From positions 1,603 through 65,602 of the forward strand of contig JBBTSX010000009.1 in NCBI GenBank assembly GCA_038064535.1: 64,000 nt of DNA, written 5' to 3'. This document shows, one piece after another, positions 36,318-46,167 of this stretch (positions are counted from its first letter, which is position 1; every line of letters starts with the position of its first letter). The position numbers were made by a program, and so were the translations under genes. The notes under the pieces were generated by a model. It saw only the letters and a list, made by a program, of their open reading frames with translations, was not told the origin of the DNA and searched no databases. The stretch is from Patescibacteria group bacterium (GTDB lineage Bacteria > Patescibacteriota > Minisyncoccia > Phycocordibacterales > UBA2100).

Positions 36318-37265
36318 CTATAAGGCCAAGCCGTTGAGCCCTAAGTCACGATAATCCCGCTCAGCGTCGTGGATGAATTCATCCACCCGTGTCCGGACAC
36401 TTGCCTCCAGCTCTCTCAACCGTAAGTCGTCAAGGACGCTCTTCGGGTGGTCTGCCGTCGATTCCGGATTGGGTCGCCCACTCAAGAAAGTAAATTCAAA
36501 AGCGGGAATTTCAGGTCGCGATTGACCCGCGGTAATGATGACGGCAATACGGGGGTCTTTCTCGATACTCTGTATCAGTCTTTCCATTCGCTCGCGAAGT
36601 CGCTCTCCCATCGCCTTTGCTTTCGATAGCCGCAATTGCGGCAGGTACTCCTTGATCATTATGCGTAAATCGTCGAGCACGCTTTTTGGCGAATGGTAGG
36701 TTGATCCGGGATTCGGCCTGCCGTTCAAGTGTTCAGATTCAAATGCGGGGATTCCCGGCTGGAACTGCCCCGCGCGGATTACGACCGTGTTCATGAGATT
36801 CACGAGCCGGTCCGCATCCATGAGCGCCATTTGGACAGTGCTCTGGTCTTCCTGATTGAGCTCGTCATGACGGCACGCTGCGGCGTACATTTCGCTGAGC
36901 TCTCCGCTCGAGAAATAGCCTGGCGGAATGTACTTCAGATTCTGCATTATTTCTTCTCCAACTTCGTGCGGACCCTCGGAGACTTTCGCGATTGCAGCGT
37001 ACCGGTCGGTAGAATGCAGCATGCCCGCGCACCACGCCTTCTCCGCGGTGCGCTCGTCGGGGGCGATGTGCGCGGCAAGCTGGGCGACGGTTACATCGTG
37101 GTCCAATCCGTGCCCCCGGTGCTGGCGGACGGATTCGCGGTGGTCGCTGGCAATTGCGTCGTAGAAAGAACGGAATCGCTCGCGATATGCATCGAAACTG
37201 CGTATGCCGGCTTCTTCTCTCAAGGCGTGTGTTTTGTTCGTGCGGTCGGGAACGGCTTCATTCAT
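36318..37265 (-). CDS. HD-domain-like protein with internal ~50-aa tandem duplication
   Basis: HRGHGLDHDVTVAQLAAHIAPDE...AGMLHSTDR (H...HD...H.D). The C-terminal repeats PGIPAFESEHLNGRPNPGSTYHSPKSVLDDLR and PEIPAFEFTFLSGRPNPESTADHPKSVLDDLR are mirrored by a ~125-nt DNA tandem repeat. The track ORF extends to 37769 only by reading antisense through the rmlB-like gene. Confidence 0.45.
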   Translation of the reverse strand: MNEAVPDRTNKTHALREEAGIRSFDAYRERFRSFYDAIASDHRESVRQHRGHGLDHDVTVAQLAAHIAPDERTAEKAWCAGMLHSTDRYAAIAKVSEGPHEVGEEIMQNLKYIPPGYFSSGELSEMYAAACRHDELNQEDQSTVQMALMDADRLVNLMNTVVIRAGQFQPGIPAFESEHLNGRPNPGSTYHSPKSVLDDLRIMIKEYLPQLRLSKAKAMGERLRERMERLIQSIEKDPRIAVIITAGQSRPEIPAFEFTFLSGRPNPESTADHPKSVLDDLRLRELEASVRTRVDEFIHDAERDYRDLGLNGLAL

Positions 37266-37335
37266 ATGGAGAAGTATTTCACATCCTCGCTCACGGAACA
37301 ATCGTTTATCGCAGGAGCAGTGCGGAGTCGGTGAT

Positions 37336-37363
37336 TTGGAATATTTCGTCCGAAATGTAATAC
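37336..37363 (+). promoter_or_regulatory. Sigma70-like promoter TTGGAA-N16-TAATAC. The -10 ends 7 nt before the ATG, implying a leaderless transcript.
   Basis: TTGGAA at 37336-37341 and TAATAC at 37358-37363. The same element is duplicated at 35218-35246, upstream of the truncated paralog. Confidence 0.5.
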
Positions 37364-37370
37364 TGCTCGC

Positions 37371-38378
37371 ATGGCAAGTCCGAGAATAATAATAACAGGG
37401 GGGCTCGGGTTCATTTTCTCCCACGTCACCGAGCATTTTGTTAAGAAAGGGTGGGAAGTCGTGGTTATCGACAATCTTTCGGAAGGTTCTCATCCGGAAA
37501 TAATCGACGGATCTTTTAAACACCACGATGTCCACATGGCAGAACCGGATGTGGTAGGCCTCATCGTTAAAGAAAAGCCCGATTACATCATCCATGCCGC
37601 GGCCATAACCGATGTGGACTATTCGGTACGCGAGCCGTACCGCACGCTCAAGAAAAATGCGCTGGGGACATTTCATGCATTCGAGGCATGTCGTCAACTT
37701 CCTCACCTCAAGAAATTCATGTATGTCTCGACCGACGAAGTGTACGGCGAGTGCGAACATCCCATGCACGAAGATGAGATTATCTTACCGCGCAATCCGT
37801 ACTCGGCCTCCAAGGCGATAGGCTCGCTCCTACGGGTCACGTATGATAATACGTACCCGAATTTGACCGGTAAGACGGTGGAGACGCGTTTCTGCAACGT
37901 GTTCGGTCCTCGGCAAGATAGCCGGAAGATATTGCCGAAAATAAAACAAAGTTTGCAGGAAGGACTTTCGATACCCCTCCACAATGAGGGTAGCGGGTAT
38001 CGCGAGTATATATATGTCAAAGATATTCCTCCTGCGGTCGAGCTTATTTTGGAAAAGGGAGACGGCACATACAATGTCACGCTCAGTGACGGTTTTACGG
38101 TCGCGCAGTTGATAGAAAAAGCAAAAGAGGTCGCGGGCAAGGATATTCCGACGCACACGTCACATCGAGCGGGTATGGACATAAAATATCAGATGGACAG
38201 TACTCGTATCCGCGAGCTCGGGTGGAAGCCCCTGTATACGTTTGAAGAGAGTCTCAGAGAATATTTGCTCGGCGAACACGTGGTGCCGCAAGCTATTTCC
38301 CGAGGAACCCGAACGCTTACCCCATGGAAGCGTTTGTGGAATTTGATTCCGATTAAGCGTATACTGGGACCGCGATAA
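37371..38378 (+). CDS. rmlB: dTDP-glucose 4,6-dehydratase-like NDP-sugar dehydratase (extended SDR)
   Basis: IIITGGLGFIFSH, YVSTDEVYGE (STDEVYG motif), YSASKA. Followed by rmlC. Confidence 0.75.
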   Translation: MASPRIIITGGLGFIFSHVTEHFVKKGWEVVVIDNLSEGSHPEIIDGSFKHHDVHMAEPDVVGLIVKEKPDYIIHAAAITDVDYSVREPYRTLKKNALGTFHAFEACRQLPHLKKFMYVSTDEVYGECEHPMHEDEIILPRNPYSASKAIGSLLRVTYDNTYPNLTGKTVETRFCNVFGPRQDSRKILPKIKQSLQEGLSIPLHNEGSGYREYIYVKDIPPAVELILEKGDGTYNVTLSDGFTVAQLIEKAKEVAGKDIPTHTSHRAGMDIKYQMDSTRIRELGWKPLYTFEESLREYLLGEHVVPQAISRGTRTLTPWKRLWNLIPIKRILGPR

Positions 38379-38425
38379 GATGTGGGATTGAAAGAATATT
38401 TAACCGGGCAATAACTCATGACACA

Positions 38426-38998
38426 ATGCATATGAATATTGAGCCGACATCAATACGCGACGTCTATATCATAACCACGCATGCGCACGAAGATGAGCGC
38501 GGGTTTTTGATGGAAACCTATCGTCAGGATATTTTTGCAAAGGCCGGCATCACCGACGTTTTCGTACAGGACAATCATGTAAAGTCTCACGTACGCAATA
38601 CTGTGCGCGGGTTGCATTTTCAATGGAATTCACCTGCGGCAAAACTCATGCGTGTAAGCAGAGGGAGTGCGTTTCTCGTCGCCGTTGATATTCGTAAGAA
38701 TTCTCCGACCTTAGGGCAGTGGGTGGGCATTGAGGCGAGCGCCGAGAATAAGAAGCAACTCTATGCACCAGCTGGCTGCGCGCGCGCCTACCAAACCTTG
38801 ACTCAGGACTGCGAAGTGCAGTATAAGGCCTCGGCGCTCTACAACCCCGAAGGCCAGGGCGAGATCGCCTGGAACGATCCGAAGATAGCAATCGACTGGC
38901 CCATCAAAGAAACGCCCCTTCTCTCGGCTAGTAGCAAGAATACGGGTTCTCTGCAAGATTGGCTCAAGAGCCCCTTCTCCGAATCCATCGTATATTAG
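38426..38998 (+). CDS. rmlC: dTDP-4-dehydrorhamnose 3,5-epimerase (cupin)
   Basis: HEDERGFLMETY, RGLHFQ, ...QLYAPAGCARAYQ are colinear with RmlC. Confidence 0.88.
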   Translation: MHMNIEPTSIRDVYIITTHAHEDERGFLMETYRQDIFAKAGITDVFVQDNHVKSHVRNTVRGLHFQWNSPAAKLMRVSRGSAFLVAVDIRKNSPTLGQWVGIEASAENKKQLYAPAGCARAYQTLTQDCEVQYKASALYNPEGQGEIAWNDPKIAIDWPIKETPLLSASSKNTGSLQDWLKSPFSESIVY

Positions 38999-39039
38999 TG
39001 TTTCTTGCAAGGGATGTTTTCTATAGTAAGATACCTCGA

Positions 39040-40302
39040 ATGAGCAAAATCAACCATGATGCGAAGCTCGGTAGATTGAGCCATTGTCAGATTACAGGCT
39101 CCCGAAATCTCTTTGAGGCTATCGATCTTGGCCATCAGCCACCTCCCAGCGCGTTGCTGACCGATGCGACTCTCCGTGAGCCGGAAACACACTACCCTTT
39201 GCGACTGATGATTTGTCCCGAATCAGGCCTCGGGCAACTCGACTATGTTGTAGATGGAAAAATTCTCTTTCCCACCGAATATACGTATAGGCCCGGTGTT
39301 ACACCTCCGCTCAGAGATCACCTGAAGGCGCTCTCTAACGAGATTGTTACAAATCTCAACATATCGGCTAAGTCGCTGTGTGTTGATATTGGATCAAACG
39401 ATGGAACCCTACCATCGTTCTTTAAGGCAAATGGTATGCGCGTTTTGGGCGTAGAGCCGACCAACATGGCGAAAGTTGCCTCGAAAGAACTTGGGATTAA
39501 AACCATACAGAAATTTTTTACGGAAGTGGTTGCTAAGGACATCGTAAAAAAACACGGTAGGGCAAAAGTGGTGACTTTTACCAATGTCTTCGCACACATG
39601 GCTACTTTGGGAGAAGTAATGCGAGGAGTCAGTCGTCTTTTAGACAAGGGTGGTGCCGTCGTTACCGAGAGTCAGTATCTTCTTGATATTTTTGAGCGTT
39701 ATCAGTTCGACCAGATATATCACGATCATGTTCGTATCTACAGCTTAAAATCGTTGGTCAAGCTTTTTCCGTATTATGGCATGGAAGTTTTTGATGCGAA
39801 GAGAACGACAACGCGTGAGGGCAGTATTCGGGTCTATGCCGGATGGAAAGGACAACACCCGATTAGTCCTGAAGTTAAAAGACTGGTCCAAGCAGAAGAA
39901 GGTGTAGGCTTGTTCAAGCCTGCAGCGTGGGCGAAGTTTCGGGCAGGAGTACAAAAAAGCAGAGATGAAGTATTTGATTTGGCCTGTAAAGCAAAAAAAG
40001 AAGGCCTTCGATTTGTAGCTGATTCAAGCCCGACGAGGGGTGTGGTTCTCGTAAATTATTATGGGTTGGATAAAAGACTTTTACCGTATAACGCCGATTT
40101 ACCAGGGACTCATAAGGTCGGTAAATACATGCCTGGAACGCATACTCCAATAGTAAGCAACGAAATTCTCCTCAAAGAGAAACCCGAGTATATACTGATT
40201 CTGGCTTGGCATTATGCTGATTTTATTATTAAGAATTGGCATGCAAAGGGACTCAAATCCAAATTCATTATTCCGCTCCCGGAGTTTAAAATTATTGAGT
40301 AA
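39040..40302 (+). CDS. NDP-hexose C-methyltransferase (TylCIII-like; zinc-ribbon N-domain, class I MTase and C-methyltransferase C-terminal domain)
   Basis: N-terminus CQITGSRNLFEAIDLGHQPP, MTase core VDIGSNDGT, C-domain typical of PF08484. Start re-set to ATG 39040 (track 38959). Confidence 0.7.
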   Translation: MSKINHDAKLGRLSHCQITGSRNLFEAIDLGHQPPPSALLTDATLREPETHYPLRLMICPESGLGQLDYVVDGKILFPTEYTYRPGVTPPLRDHLKALSNEIVTNLNISAKSLCVDIGSNDGTLPSFFKANGMRVLGVEPTNMAKVASKELGIKTIQKFFTEVVAKDIVKKHGRAKVVTFTNVFAHMATLGEVMRGVSRLLDKGGAVVTESQYLLDIFERYQFDQIYHDHVRIYSLKSLVKLFPYYGMEVFDAKRTTTREGSIRVYAGWKGQHPISPEVKRLVQAEEGVGLFKPAAWAKFRAGVQKSRDEVFDLACKAKKEGLRFVADSSPTRGVVLVNYYGLDKRLLPYNADLPGTHKVGKYMPGTHTPIVSNEILLKEKPEYILILAWHYADFIIKNWHAKGLKSKFIIPLPEFKIIE

Positions 40303-40334
40303 GGTACAGGTATAGGCCGAAACTATCATACCAG

Positions 40335-41390
40335 ATGAGAAAAATAAGTTTGTTTAAAACATATATCTCACTGCGTTCCATCTGGAATGTTTGTCTTCTC
40401 CTTATCAAATCCAATTACGGAACATATATCGGCGAGGGGCCGGAAGTAAAGGCGTTCGAAAAAGAATTTGCGGAAAAATTCGGATTTGAGAATGTTGCAG
40501 CTGTCAACTCCGGCAGTACAGCGCTTGAATTGGCGTATGAACTTGCGGGCATATGCGAGGGGGATGAAGTTATAGTTCCGGTATTAACGCATCCGGCAAC
40601 GGGCCTTCCCGCAGTCCATAGGAGAGCGAGCGTTGTCTTTGCGGACATAGATCCTGACCTCAATGTTTCAGTAGAAGACGTCAGGAATAAAATTTCACCA
40701 AAGACCAAAGCTCTGGTGTTTGTTCATTTTGGCGGCAATAATAGGGGACTTAAGGAGATTCTCCACATTGCCAAAGAAAAGAACCTGATTTTAATAGAAG
40801 ATGCCGCCCAAGCTGTCGGCTCGGATTTTTGGGGTAAGGCCGATTTCACATGCGTTTCACTGCAAGCTATTAAGGTACTTACTTCAGGTGATGGTGGTTT
40901 CTTGATTTGCAAAGATAAGAATCTGCATGAAAAAGCAAAAAGATTGCGTTGGTTTGGCTATGACAGGGAGCTTAAACAGAAACTTGGAGACACGGACATA
41001 GTTGAAGCGGGCTATAAGTATCATATGAATGATATTACGGCTGCCATAGGCAGAGGTAATCTTAGGACAATAGATAAAATAATTTCTCATCGCAAAAAGC
41101 TTTGTTCTGAATATGCAAAACATGGAGTACAGTCGTCGATATGGTTTGCCCATACACTCTCACCTAAGCGCGATGATCTCATGAAATTCATGCAGGAGAA
41201 CAGGATACACACGGGCGACTACCACTACCGTAATGACAAGTACACTATCTTTGGGGGTAAGAAAAGACTTCCTACGGTGGACAGGCTTGAGAATCAATAT
41301 CTTCTTTTGCCACTGCATCACGGCGTGTCGGTAAAGGATGTCCGAACCATCTGTTCGCTTCTTCGGCAATTTAACGCGTCACAGACATAA
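40335..41390 (+). CDS. DegT/DnrJ/EryC1/StrS-family PLP-dependent sugar aminotransferase
   Basis: GSTALELA, DEVIVP, FGGN, IEDAAQAVGS, catalytic Lys in SLQAIKVLTSGDGG. Confidence 0.8.
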   Translation: MRKISLFKTYISLRSIWNVCLLLIKSNYGTYIGEGPEVKAFEKEFAEKFGFENVAAVNSGSTALELAYELAGICEGDEVIVPVLTHPATGLPAVHRRASVVFADIDPDLNVSVEDVRNKISPKTKALVFVHFGGNNRGLKEILHIAKEKNLILIEDAAQAVGSDFWGKADFTCVSLQAIKVLTSGDGGFLICKDKNLHEKAKRLRWFGYDRELKQKLGDTDIVEAGYKYHMNDITAAIGRGNLRTIDKIISHRKKLCSEYAKHGVQSSIWFAHTLSPKRDDLMKFMQENRIHTGDYHYRNDKYTIFGGKKRLPTVDRLENQYLLLPLHHGVSVKDVRTICSLLRQFNASQT

Positions 41391-41399
41391 AAAAATGTC

Positions 41400-42200
41400 A
41401 TGAATATAGTAAAGAAGCTGAAGCAATTGAATCAAATGCCGTTCCCGGTAACCATACCGTATTACGTCTCATACGGCTTGCTACAGCAGAAATTCAAGGA
41501 CGGTGTCATGCGCTCCGGCGAAAGCTGGCTCGTATTGCGCAACGATCATCCGCACTATCGGATACCAAACTCCCGGGAGGAATGGCTCAAAGAACTCTCG
41601 CTCAATAAGGACGGGCAGGACAAGTGGCTTCAGGAGCGCGTGAGCTCTTTCGCTGCGTTGCTTAAACGCGAACGCATCAACACCGTATACTCCATCGGCT
41701 CGGGTGGCGGGATTTTCGAGTATTACCTCAAGAAGCATTCGCCGGATATCAAGGTAATCGGAACCGAGTGGAAAGCTGAAGGGGCGGAGCGGCTTCGCAG
41801 GGTCTGCACCGAACTGGACGATGTATGGATGTTCGATGCGCTTGACCCAGAACACTGGAAGAAGGTCGCGAATGACCCGTCGAGCGTCGTGTTTATTTAC
41901 CGCAACGAGCGAGAGTTCTCTGATAAACAGTGGAAACAGATATGGGAGAGCATGTACGAGGCCCGCGTCGAGCGCGTGTTTTTAGGGCTTATGTGGACAC
42001 TGACCATACGCGCATTGGTACAGCTGGGAGTGCGGAATCTGCTGAAAAGGCTCCGCGGAGAACGGCTGACCCTTACCGGATATCTGCGTAGCCTCGAGGG
42101 GCTGCGGCGCTTCTCTAGAGGGAAATACAGCGAAAAGGAATCCATCTATTTTCCGACCTGTACAGGGCTCTATTTTACGCGATATACTGCACGCACATGA
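41400..42200 (+). CDS. Hypothetical protein, possibly SAM-MTase-like
   Basis: Glycine-rich VYSIGSGGGIFEYYL. Otherwise no clear motifs. Confidence 0.35.
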   Translation: MNIVKKLKQLNQMPFPVTIPYYVSYGLLQQKFKDGVMRSGESWLVLRNDHPHYRIPNSREEWLKELSLNKDGQDKWLQERVSSFAALLKRERINTVYSIGSGGGIFEYYLKKHSPDIKVIGTEWKAEGAERLRRVCTELDDVWMFDALDPEHWKKVANDPSSVVFIYRNEREFSDKQWKQIWESMYEARVERVFLGLMWTLTIRALVQLGVRNLLKRLRGERLTLTGYLRSLEGLRRFSRGKYSEKESIYFPTCTGLYFTRYTART

Positions 42201-43033
42201 AGAAACTAGCCGTGGTCGCTAGCGGTTGGCATTTCCCGATAGCGTTTTTCGAGCAGATGAAGGGTCAGAAAGTGCCGGAAGGTTGGCAGGTTGATATGTA
42301 TTGTGTCTCTCATCGCGACCCCTCTCATGCGCGTACGGAAAAAAAGGAGATGCTCGCCGGATTGGGGTTCACCAGACGGGAACTGTATGACCGGATTTTG
42401 TACAGGTCTGTCGCATCGGTTGCGGACATAGAGGCGCTGGGCTGGCGGTATGTGCTGGAGCCAAATTCCGTCGGTGACTGGGGGAACAGTAATCAGTGGC
42501 TGGCGAAGAATGATTACAAACAATACGACAAATTTTTGTTCACGCACGACGACAATTTTATTTTGACCGATCAAATGTTTGAAGATTTGCTGCCCCAAAC
42601 TGATTGGCTCATAGCTACCAATTCAACCGGACATGCGCAGAGGCGCTTGCGGCAGTGGCTTCGCTTGCCAAAACCGTTCTTCGCCCGCGGTTCATTCGAA
42701 CTCTTTACTCGTGAAGCAATGGATATAATTGGAGGTAGTTTTGATTTGTCTAGAAAGACACTAACTCGTGAAGGGAAATTTGATTCACCCGCCGATTTTG
42801 GAGAACTCTCGAATTGGAATGAGAACGATAAAGCCGTTAGAGAGTTAGTCGAGAAAAGAGGTCTTCTTCCTAAGATTAAATCTCTCTCCCCATATTATCG
42901 GATGAGCAAATACTGCCTTGAGGGTGAGCGCGGTTATATCCACAAAACCGAGCGGTCCAACACAAGAGAAGAAGAAAAGGGCCTTGACGCCGTAGAGCGC
43001 CACTACGCGTCGAAGAAAGTAACTGAAGTATAA
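42197..43033 (+). CDS. Hypothetical protein (278 aa)
   Basis: Translationally coupled (ATGA) to the upstream gene. No recognizable motif. Confidence 0.4.
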   Translation: MKKLAVVASGWHFPIAFFEQMKGQKVPEGWQVDMYCVSHRDPSHARTEKKEMLAGLGFTRRELYDRILYRSVASVADIEALGWRYVLEPNSVGDWGNSNQWLAKNDYKQYDKFLFTHDDNFILTDQMFEDLLPQTDWLIATNSTGHAQRRLRQWLRLPKPFFARGSFELFTREAMDIIGGSFDLSRKTLTREGKFDSPADFGELSNWNENDKAVRELVEKRGLLPKIKSLSPYYRMSKYCLEGERGYIHKTERSNTREEEKGLDAVERHYASKKVTEV

Positions 43034-43069
43034 AAGAGCCACGCTCTCTCGCCGGCTTGGCGTATTCCC

Positions 43070-43732
43070 TTGCCATTGGGGAATCACTGCGCTTTACGGT
43101 ACTATACACGGGTGAAAAGACCGTGGGACACTTTTTCCGAGGAAAAGATGAGGCGGATATTCTCCGAGAAGCGCCGCGTTATAGACATTGGCGGCGGGCT
43201 GCGCGTTGATCCGGGAAAGAATAACCGGTTCAACGAAGGTCAGGCGGCGTGGTTACGGCCCCTCATCAAACAGGTGGAGTATCTGATACTCGACAAGGTA
43301 CCGGATTTCCACCCGGACATAGTAGGAGACGTGCATGACCTGCCGTTTGCCGACGCGTCGGAGGAGGCCATCCTCTGCATAGCGGTGCTTGAGCATGTAG
43401 AGAACCCGATGCGCGCGATGGATGAGATTTACCGGACGTTGCAACCGGGCGGCTTTGCGTTTATCTACGTTCCGTTTCTCTATTACTATCACGCGCACCA
43501 CGGCTATTACGGCGATTTCTGGCGCTTCACCAAAGACACGCTCGAATTGTTCGGCAAACGTTTTTCAACGTGTGAAATTATGCCTGTACGCGGCGCCATC
43601 GAGACGTGGATACGGCTCAGTCCGCTGGGTCGCCGGAAGCTTTTCTGCGATATCGGGTATATACTGGACCGCGTTACCGGCAAGATACACAGCAATCAAA
43701 CAAGCGGATACCATGTTTTCCTCGTCAAGTAG
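43070..43732 (+). CDS. Class I SAM-dependent methyltransferase (Methyltransf_11-like)
   Basis: VIDIGGG, FADASEEAILCIAVLEHV, LQPGGFAFIYVP. An alternative start is at 43148. Confidence 0.7.
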   Translation: MPLGNHCALRYYTRVKRPWDTFSEEKMRRIFSEKRRVIDIGGGLRVDPGKNNRFNEGQAAWLRPLIKQVEYLILDKVPDFHPDIVGDVHDLPFADASEEAILCIAVLEHVENPMRAMDEIYRTLQPGGFAFIYVPFLYYYHAHHGYYGDFWRFTKDTLELFGKRFSTCEIMPVRGAIETWIRLSPLGRRKLFCDIGYILDRVTGKIHSNQTSGYHVFLVK

Positions 43733-43769
43733 CCCGTCAGTCACGTTCATACTGTCGACATATTGAGGT

Positions 43770-44336
43770 ATGGTTGATCCGGAAAAAATTGCACATATGC
43801 CGCCACGCGTATATACAGAAGACCCCGAGTTTACAATGTCACCGGAGCATCTCCCCGATGACGTGTATGCGCAGGCCATTTCGTCGCTCGTCGTTGTGTG
43901 TGCCGATGTTCTGTTTGCCGATCGTGCAAGGAAAACGGTTTTCCTGGCGCACAGAAAAGTAAAACCCATGATAGGGCTGTGGCTTATCGGCGGTAGGATA
44001 CGGGCGGGAGAGCAGGCAGATGCCGGTATGGCGAGGATTGTACAACGGGAAACATCGCTCACACTTCCCGCCGGACGATTCGAATTTCTGGCGATGCACC
44101 GGTACTTTTTTAAAGACAGGAAACAGCAACCGCAGGAGAAGGGCACAGACGCTCTCGTGTATACATTTCTCGCGGAGGTTACACCGGATGAATTACGCAT
44201 TGCCGCGGCGCATCTCGACCCCGGCGAGTATGAGACCGCGGGTTTTGAAGAATGTAATCGCGATGCACTTGTCGCAGCGGAAGTGCACCCGGCAATCCTT
44301 GACCTGTACGATTCCGCTTTTCCCGAACGCGCATGA
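43770..44336 (+). CDS. Nudix-hydrolase-like protein (degenerate Nudix box)
   Basis: GGRIRAGEQADAGMARIVQRETSL loosely matches GX5EX7REUXEEXGU. Confidence 0.4.
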   Translation: MVDPEKIAHMPPRVYTEDPEFTMSPEHLPDDVYAQAISSLVVVCADVLFADRARKTVFLAHRKVKPMIGLWLIGGRIRAGEQADAGMARIVQRETSLTLPAGRFEFLAMHRYFFKDRKQQPQEKGTDALVYTFLAEVTPDELRIAAAHLDPGEYETAGFEECNRDALVAAEVHPAILDLYDSAFPERA

Positions 44337-45451
44337 ATATTATTTACATAAGCAACGCCAGGATACCGACCGAATGGGCCCACGGTCTCCAAATCATGAA
44401 AACGTGCGAGGCGCTGGCGTTGTCCGGTGCCCGTCTTGAGTTGTGGATTCCGGACAAAAAGATGGATATCCATGAGGACCCGTTTGCATACTACGGTGTC
44501 AAAAAAGCCTTCCCTATAAAACGGTTCTTCACGTTCGACCTGATATGGCTCGGGAAAATAGGCTTCATCATTCAAAGCGTGTCGTTTGCCCTCGCAGTAC
44601 TTCCGTCGCTTAGGCGCACAAAACGCGACACCATTTATTGTCGTGATGAAATAATTGTCGCACTGCTTCTTTTCTTCGGTGTTCGGGACATTGTCTGGGA
44701 GTCACACGACGGGTCGTGGGGGGTGTTTGCACGATATGCCGCGCAAAACGCACGCCGGATGGTCGTCGTGACACAGGGGCTAAAAGATTTCTATTGCGAA
44801 CGCGGCATGGTAGCCGGGGACATATACGTTATCCCGAACGGCATTGACTTGAAGTCATTTGAACATCCCGAATCCGGCGAGAAGGCACGTGCCCGCCTGG
44901 GGCTCCCGCTCGGAAAAAAAATTGCATTGTATATAGGAATGCTCGAGGGCTGGAAGGGTACCGGCACATTGCTGAAGGCTTCGTCATTTGTTTCGAGTGA
45001 CACCGTGATAGTGATAATCGGCGGAGAAAGCGAACAGCAGGTGGCACGTTTGGCGGATGAGTATCCGCGCGTACGTTTTCTCGGCTTCCGGCCCGTGCGG
45101 GAGCTGGCGGACAACCAAGCAGCCGCTGACGTGCTCATTTTACCGAATACCGGTGTCGGCGATATTTCAGTCCGATTCACGTCGCCGCTTAAGCTCCTTT
45201 CGTATATGGCGTCGGGGAGGCCGGTTATTGCGTCCGACCTGCCGTCCATACGGGAAGTTGTCGGTGAAAAAGACGCTTTTCTCGTACCGCCGGATAATCC
45301 GGACGCTTTGGCGAAAATGATTGATACGGTACTCGAGAACCCCCATGATGCGCAGATGCGTGCGCAGGCGGCACGCGAGCGGGTGCAAGAATACACGTGG
45401 GAAAAGAGGGCGCAAAGAATTCTTGATGCTCTGGAAGAGAAAACGGTATGA
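44333..45451 (+). CDS. Glycosyltransferase family 4
   Basis: MNIIYISNARIPTEWAHG, C-domain LLSYMASGRPVIASDLPS. ATGA overlaps with both neighbours. Confidence 0.85.
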   Translation: MNIIYISNARIPTEWAHGLQIMKTCEALALSGARLELWIPDKKMDIHEDPFAYYGVKKAFPIKRFFTFDLIWLGKIGFIIQSVSFALAVLPSLRRTKRDTIYCRDEIIVALLLFFGVRDIVWESHDGSWGVFARYAAQNARRMVVVTQGLKDFYCERGMVAGDIYVIPNGIDLKSFEHPESGEKARARLGLPLGKKIALYIGMLEGWKGTGTLLKASSFVSSDTVIVIIGGESEQQVARLADEYPRVRFLGFRPVRELADNQAAADVLILPNTGVGDISVRFTSPLKLLSYMASGRPVIASDLPSIREVVGEKDAFLVPPDNPDALAKMIDTVLENPHDAQMRAQAARERVQEYTWEKRAQRILDALEEKTV

Positions 45452-46152
45452 CTATGATACGGAATATATTGAAACGCATAGCGCCGCTACGCCGGGCGGT
45501 ATTGCGTCTCAGGCGCGGGAAGCCGTATGTCAAAAGCTACTCGCAACTCGGTGAGGACATAGTCGTTCGTCATGTGTTCCGGAAGCTCGCGATTGCGCAC
45601 CCGACCTACATTGATATCGGCGCAAACGACCCCCTGCGGTTCAACAACACGGCGCTGTTATACGAGACGGGTTCGCGCGGTGTCACCATTGAGCCGGACC
45701 CGGCGGTTTTCAAAGAGATAGTGAGAAGGCGCACGCACGATATCAATCTCAATATAGGAATATCGGATGCGAACGGAGAAGCCGATTTTTATCGTTGCAA
45801 TGACGATAAACTCAGCACGTTCTCAAAGGAAGAGGCCGAGCGCGTGGCCCGCACAACGCCCGCCTTGTCGTTCGAGGTAATGAAAATCCCGACACGTACC
45901 ATAGGTTCCGTCATCACCGAATATTGCGGAGGGGTGTTTCCTGATTTCCTGTCGCTTGATGTAGAAGGTCTGGATTACATGGTGCTCAAATCCATTGATT
46001 ACGCGAAAAGTGCTCCGAAAATCATCTGCGTCGAGACCGCGCATGCCTACGATGAAATCGACAGCCTCCTCACATCAAAGGGATACACCAGACTTTCCAC
46101 AACGTTCCTCAATACAATTTATTGCAATACGGTACTCTGGGAGAGCCGCTGA
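45448..46152 (+). CDS. FkbM-family methyltransferase (Methyltransf_21)
   Basis: YIDIGANDP, ...DFLSLDVEGLDYMVL. Confidence 0.75.
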   Translation: MTMIRNILKRIAPLRRAVLRLRRGKPYVKSYSQLGEDIVVRHVFRKLAIAHPTYIDIGANDPLRFNNTALLYETGSRGVTIEPDPAVFKEIVRRRTHDINLNIGISDANGEADFYRCNDDKLSTFSKEEAERVARTTPALSFEVMKIPTRTIGSVITEYCGGVFPDFLSLDVEGLDYMVLKSIDYAKSAPKIICVETAHAYDEIDSLLTSKGYTRLSTTFLNTIYCNTVLWESR

Positions 46153-46167
46153 TATACGCGGTTGTTT

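Noticed and set aside
36318-37769. 483-aa track ORF, as opposed to the 316-aa HD-like gene
   Set aside because: The N-terminal ~168 residues are the antisense reading of the rmlB-like gene and its duplicated 5' region; the same shadow peptide ...KMLGDVGENEPEPPCYYY appears opposite both copies. The real start is taken at the first Met downstream of 37371 (37265).
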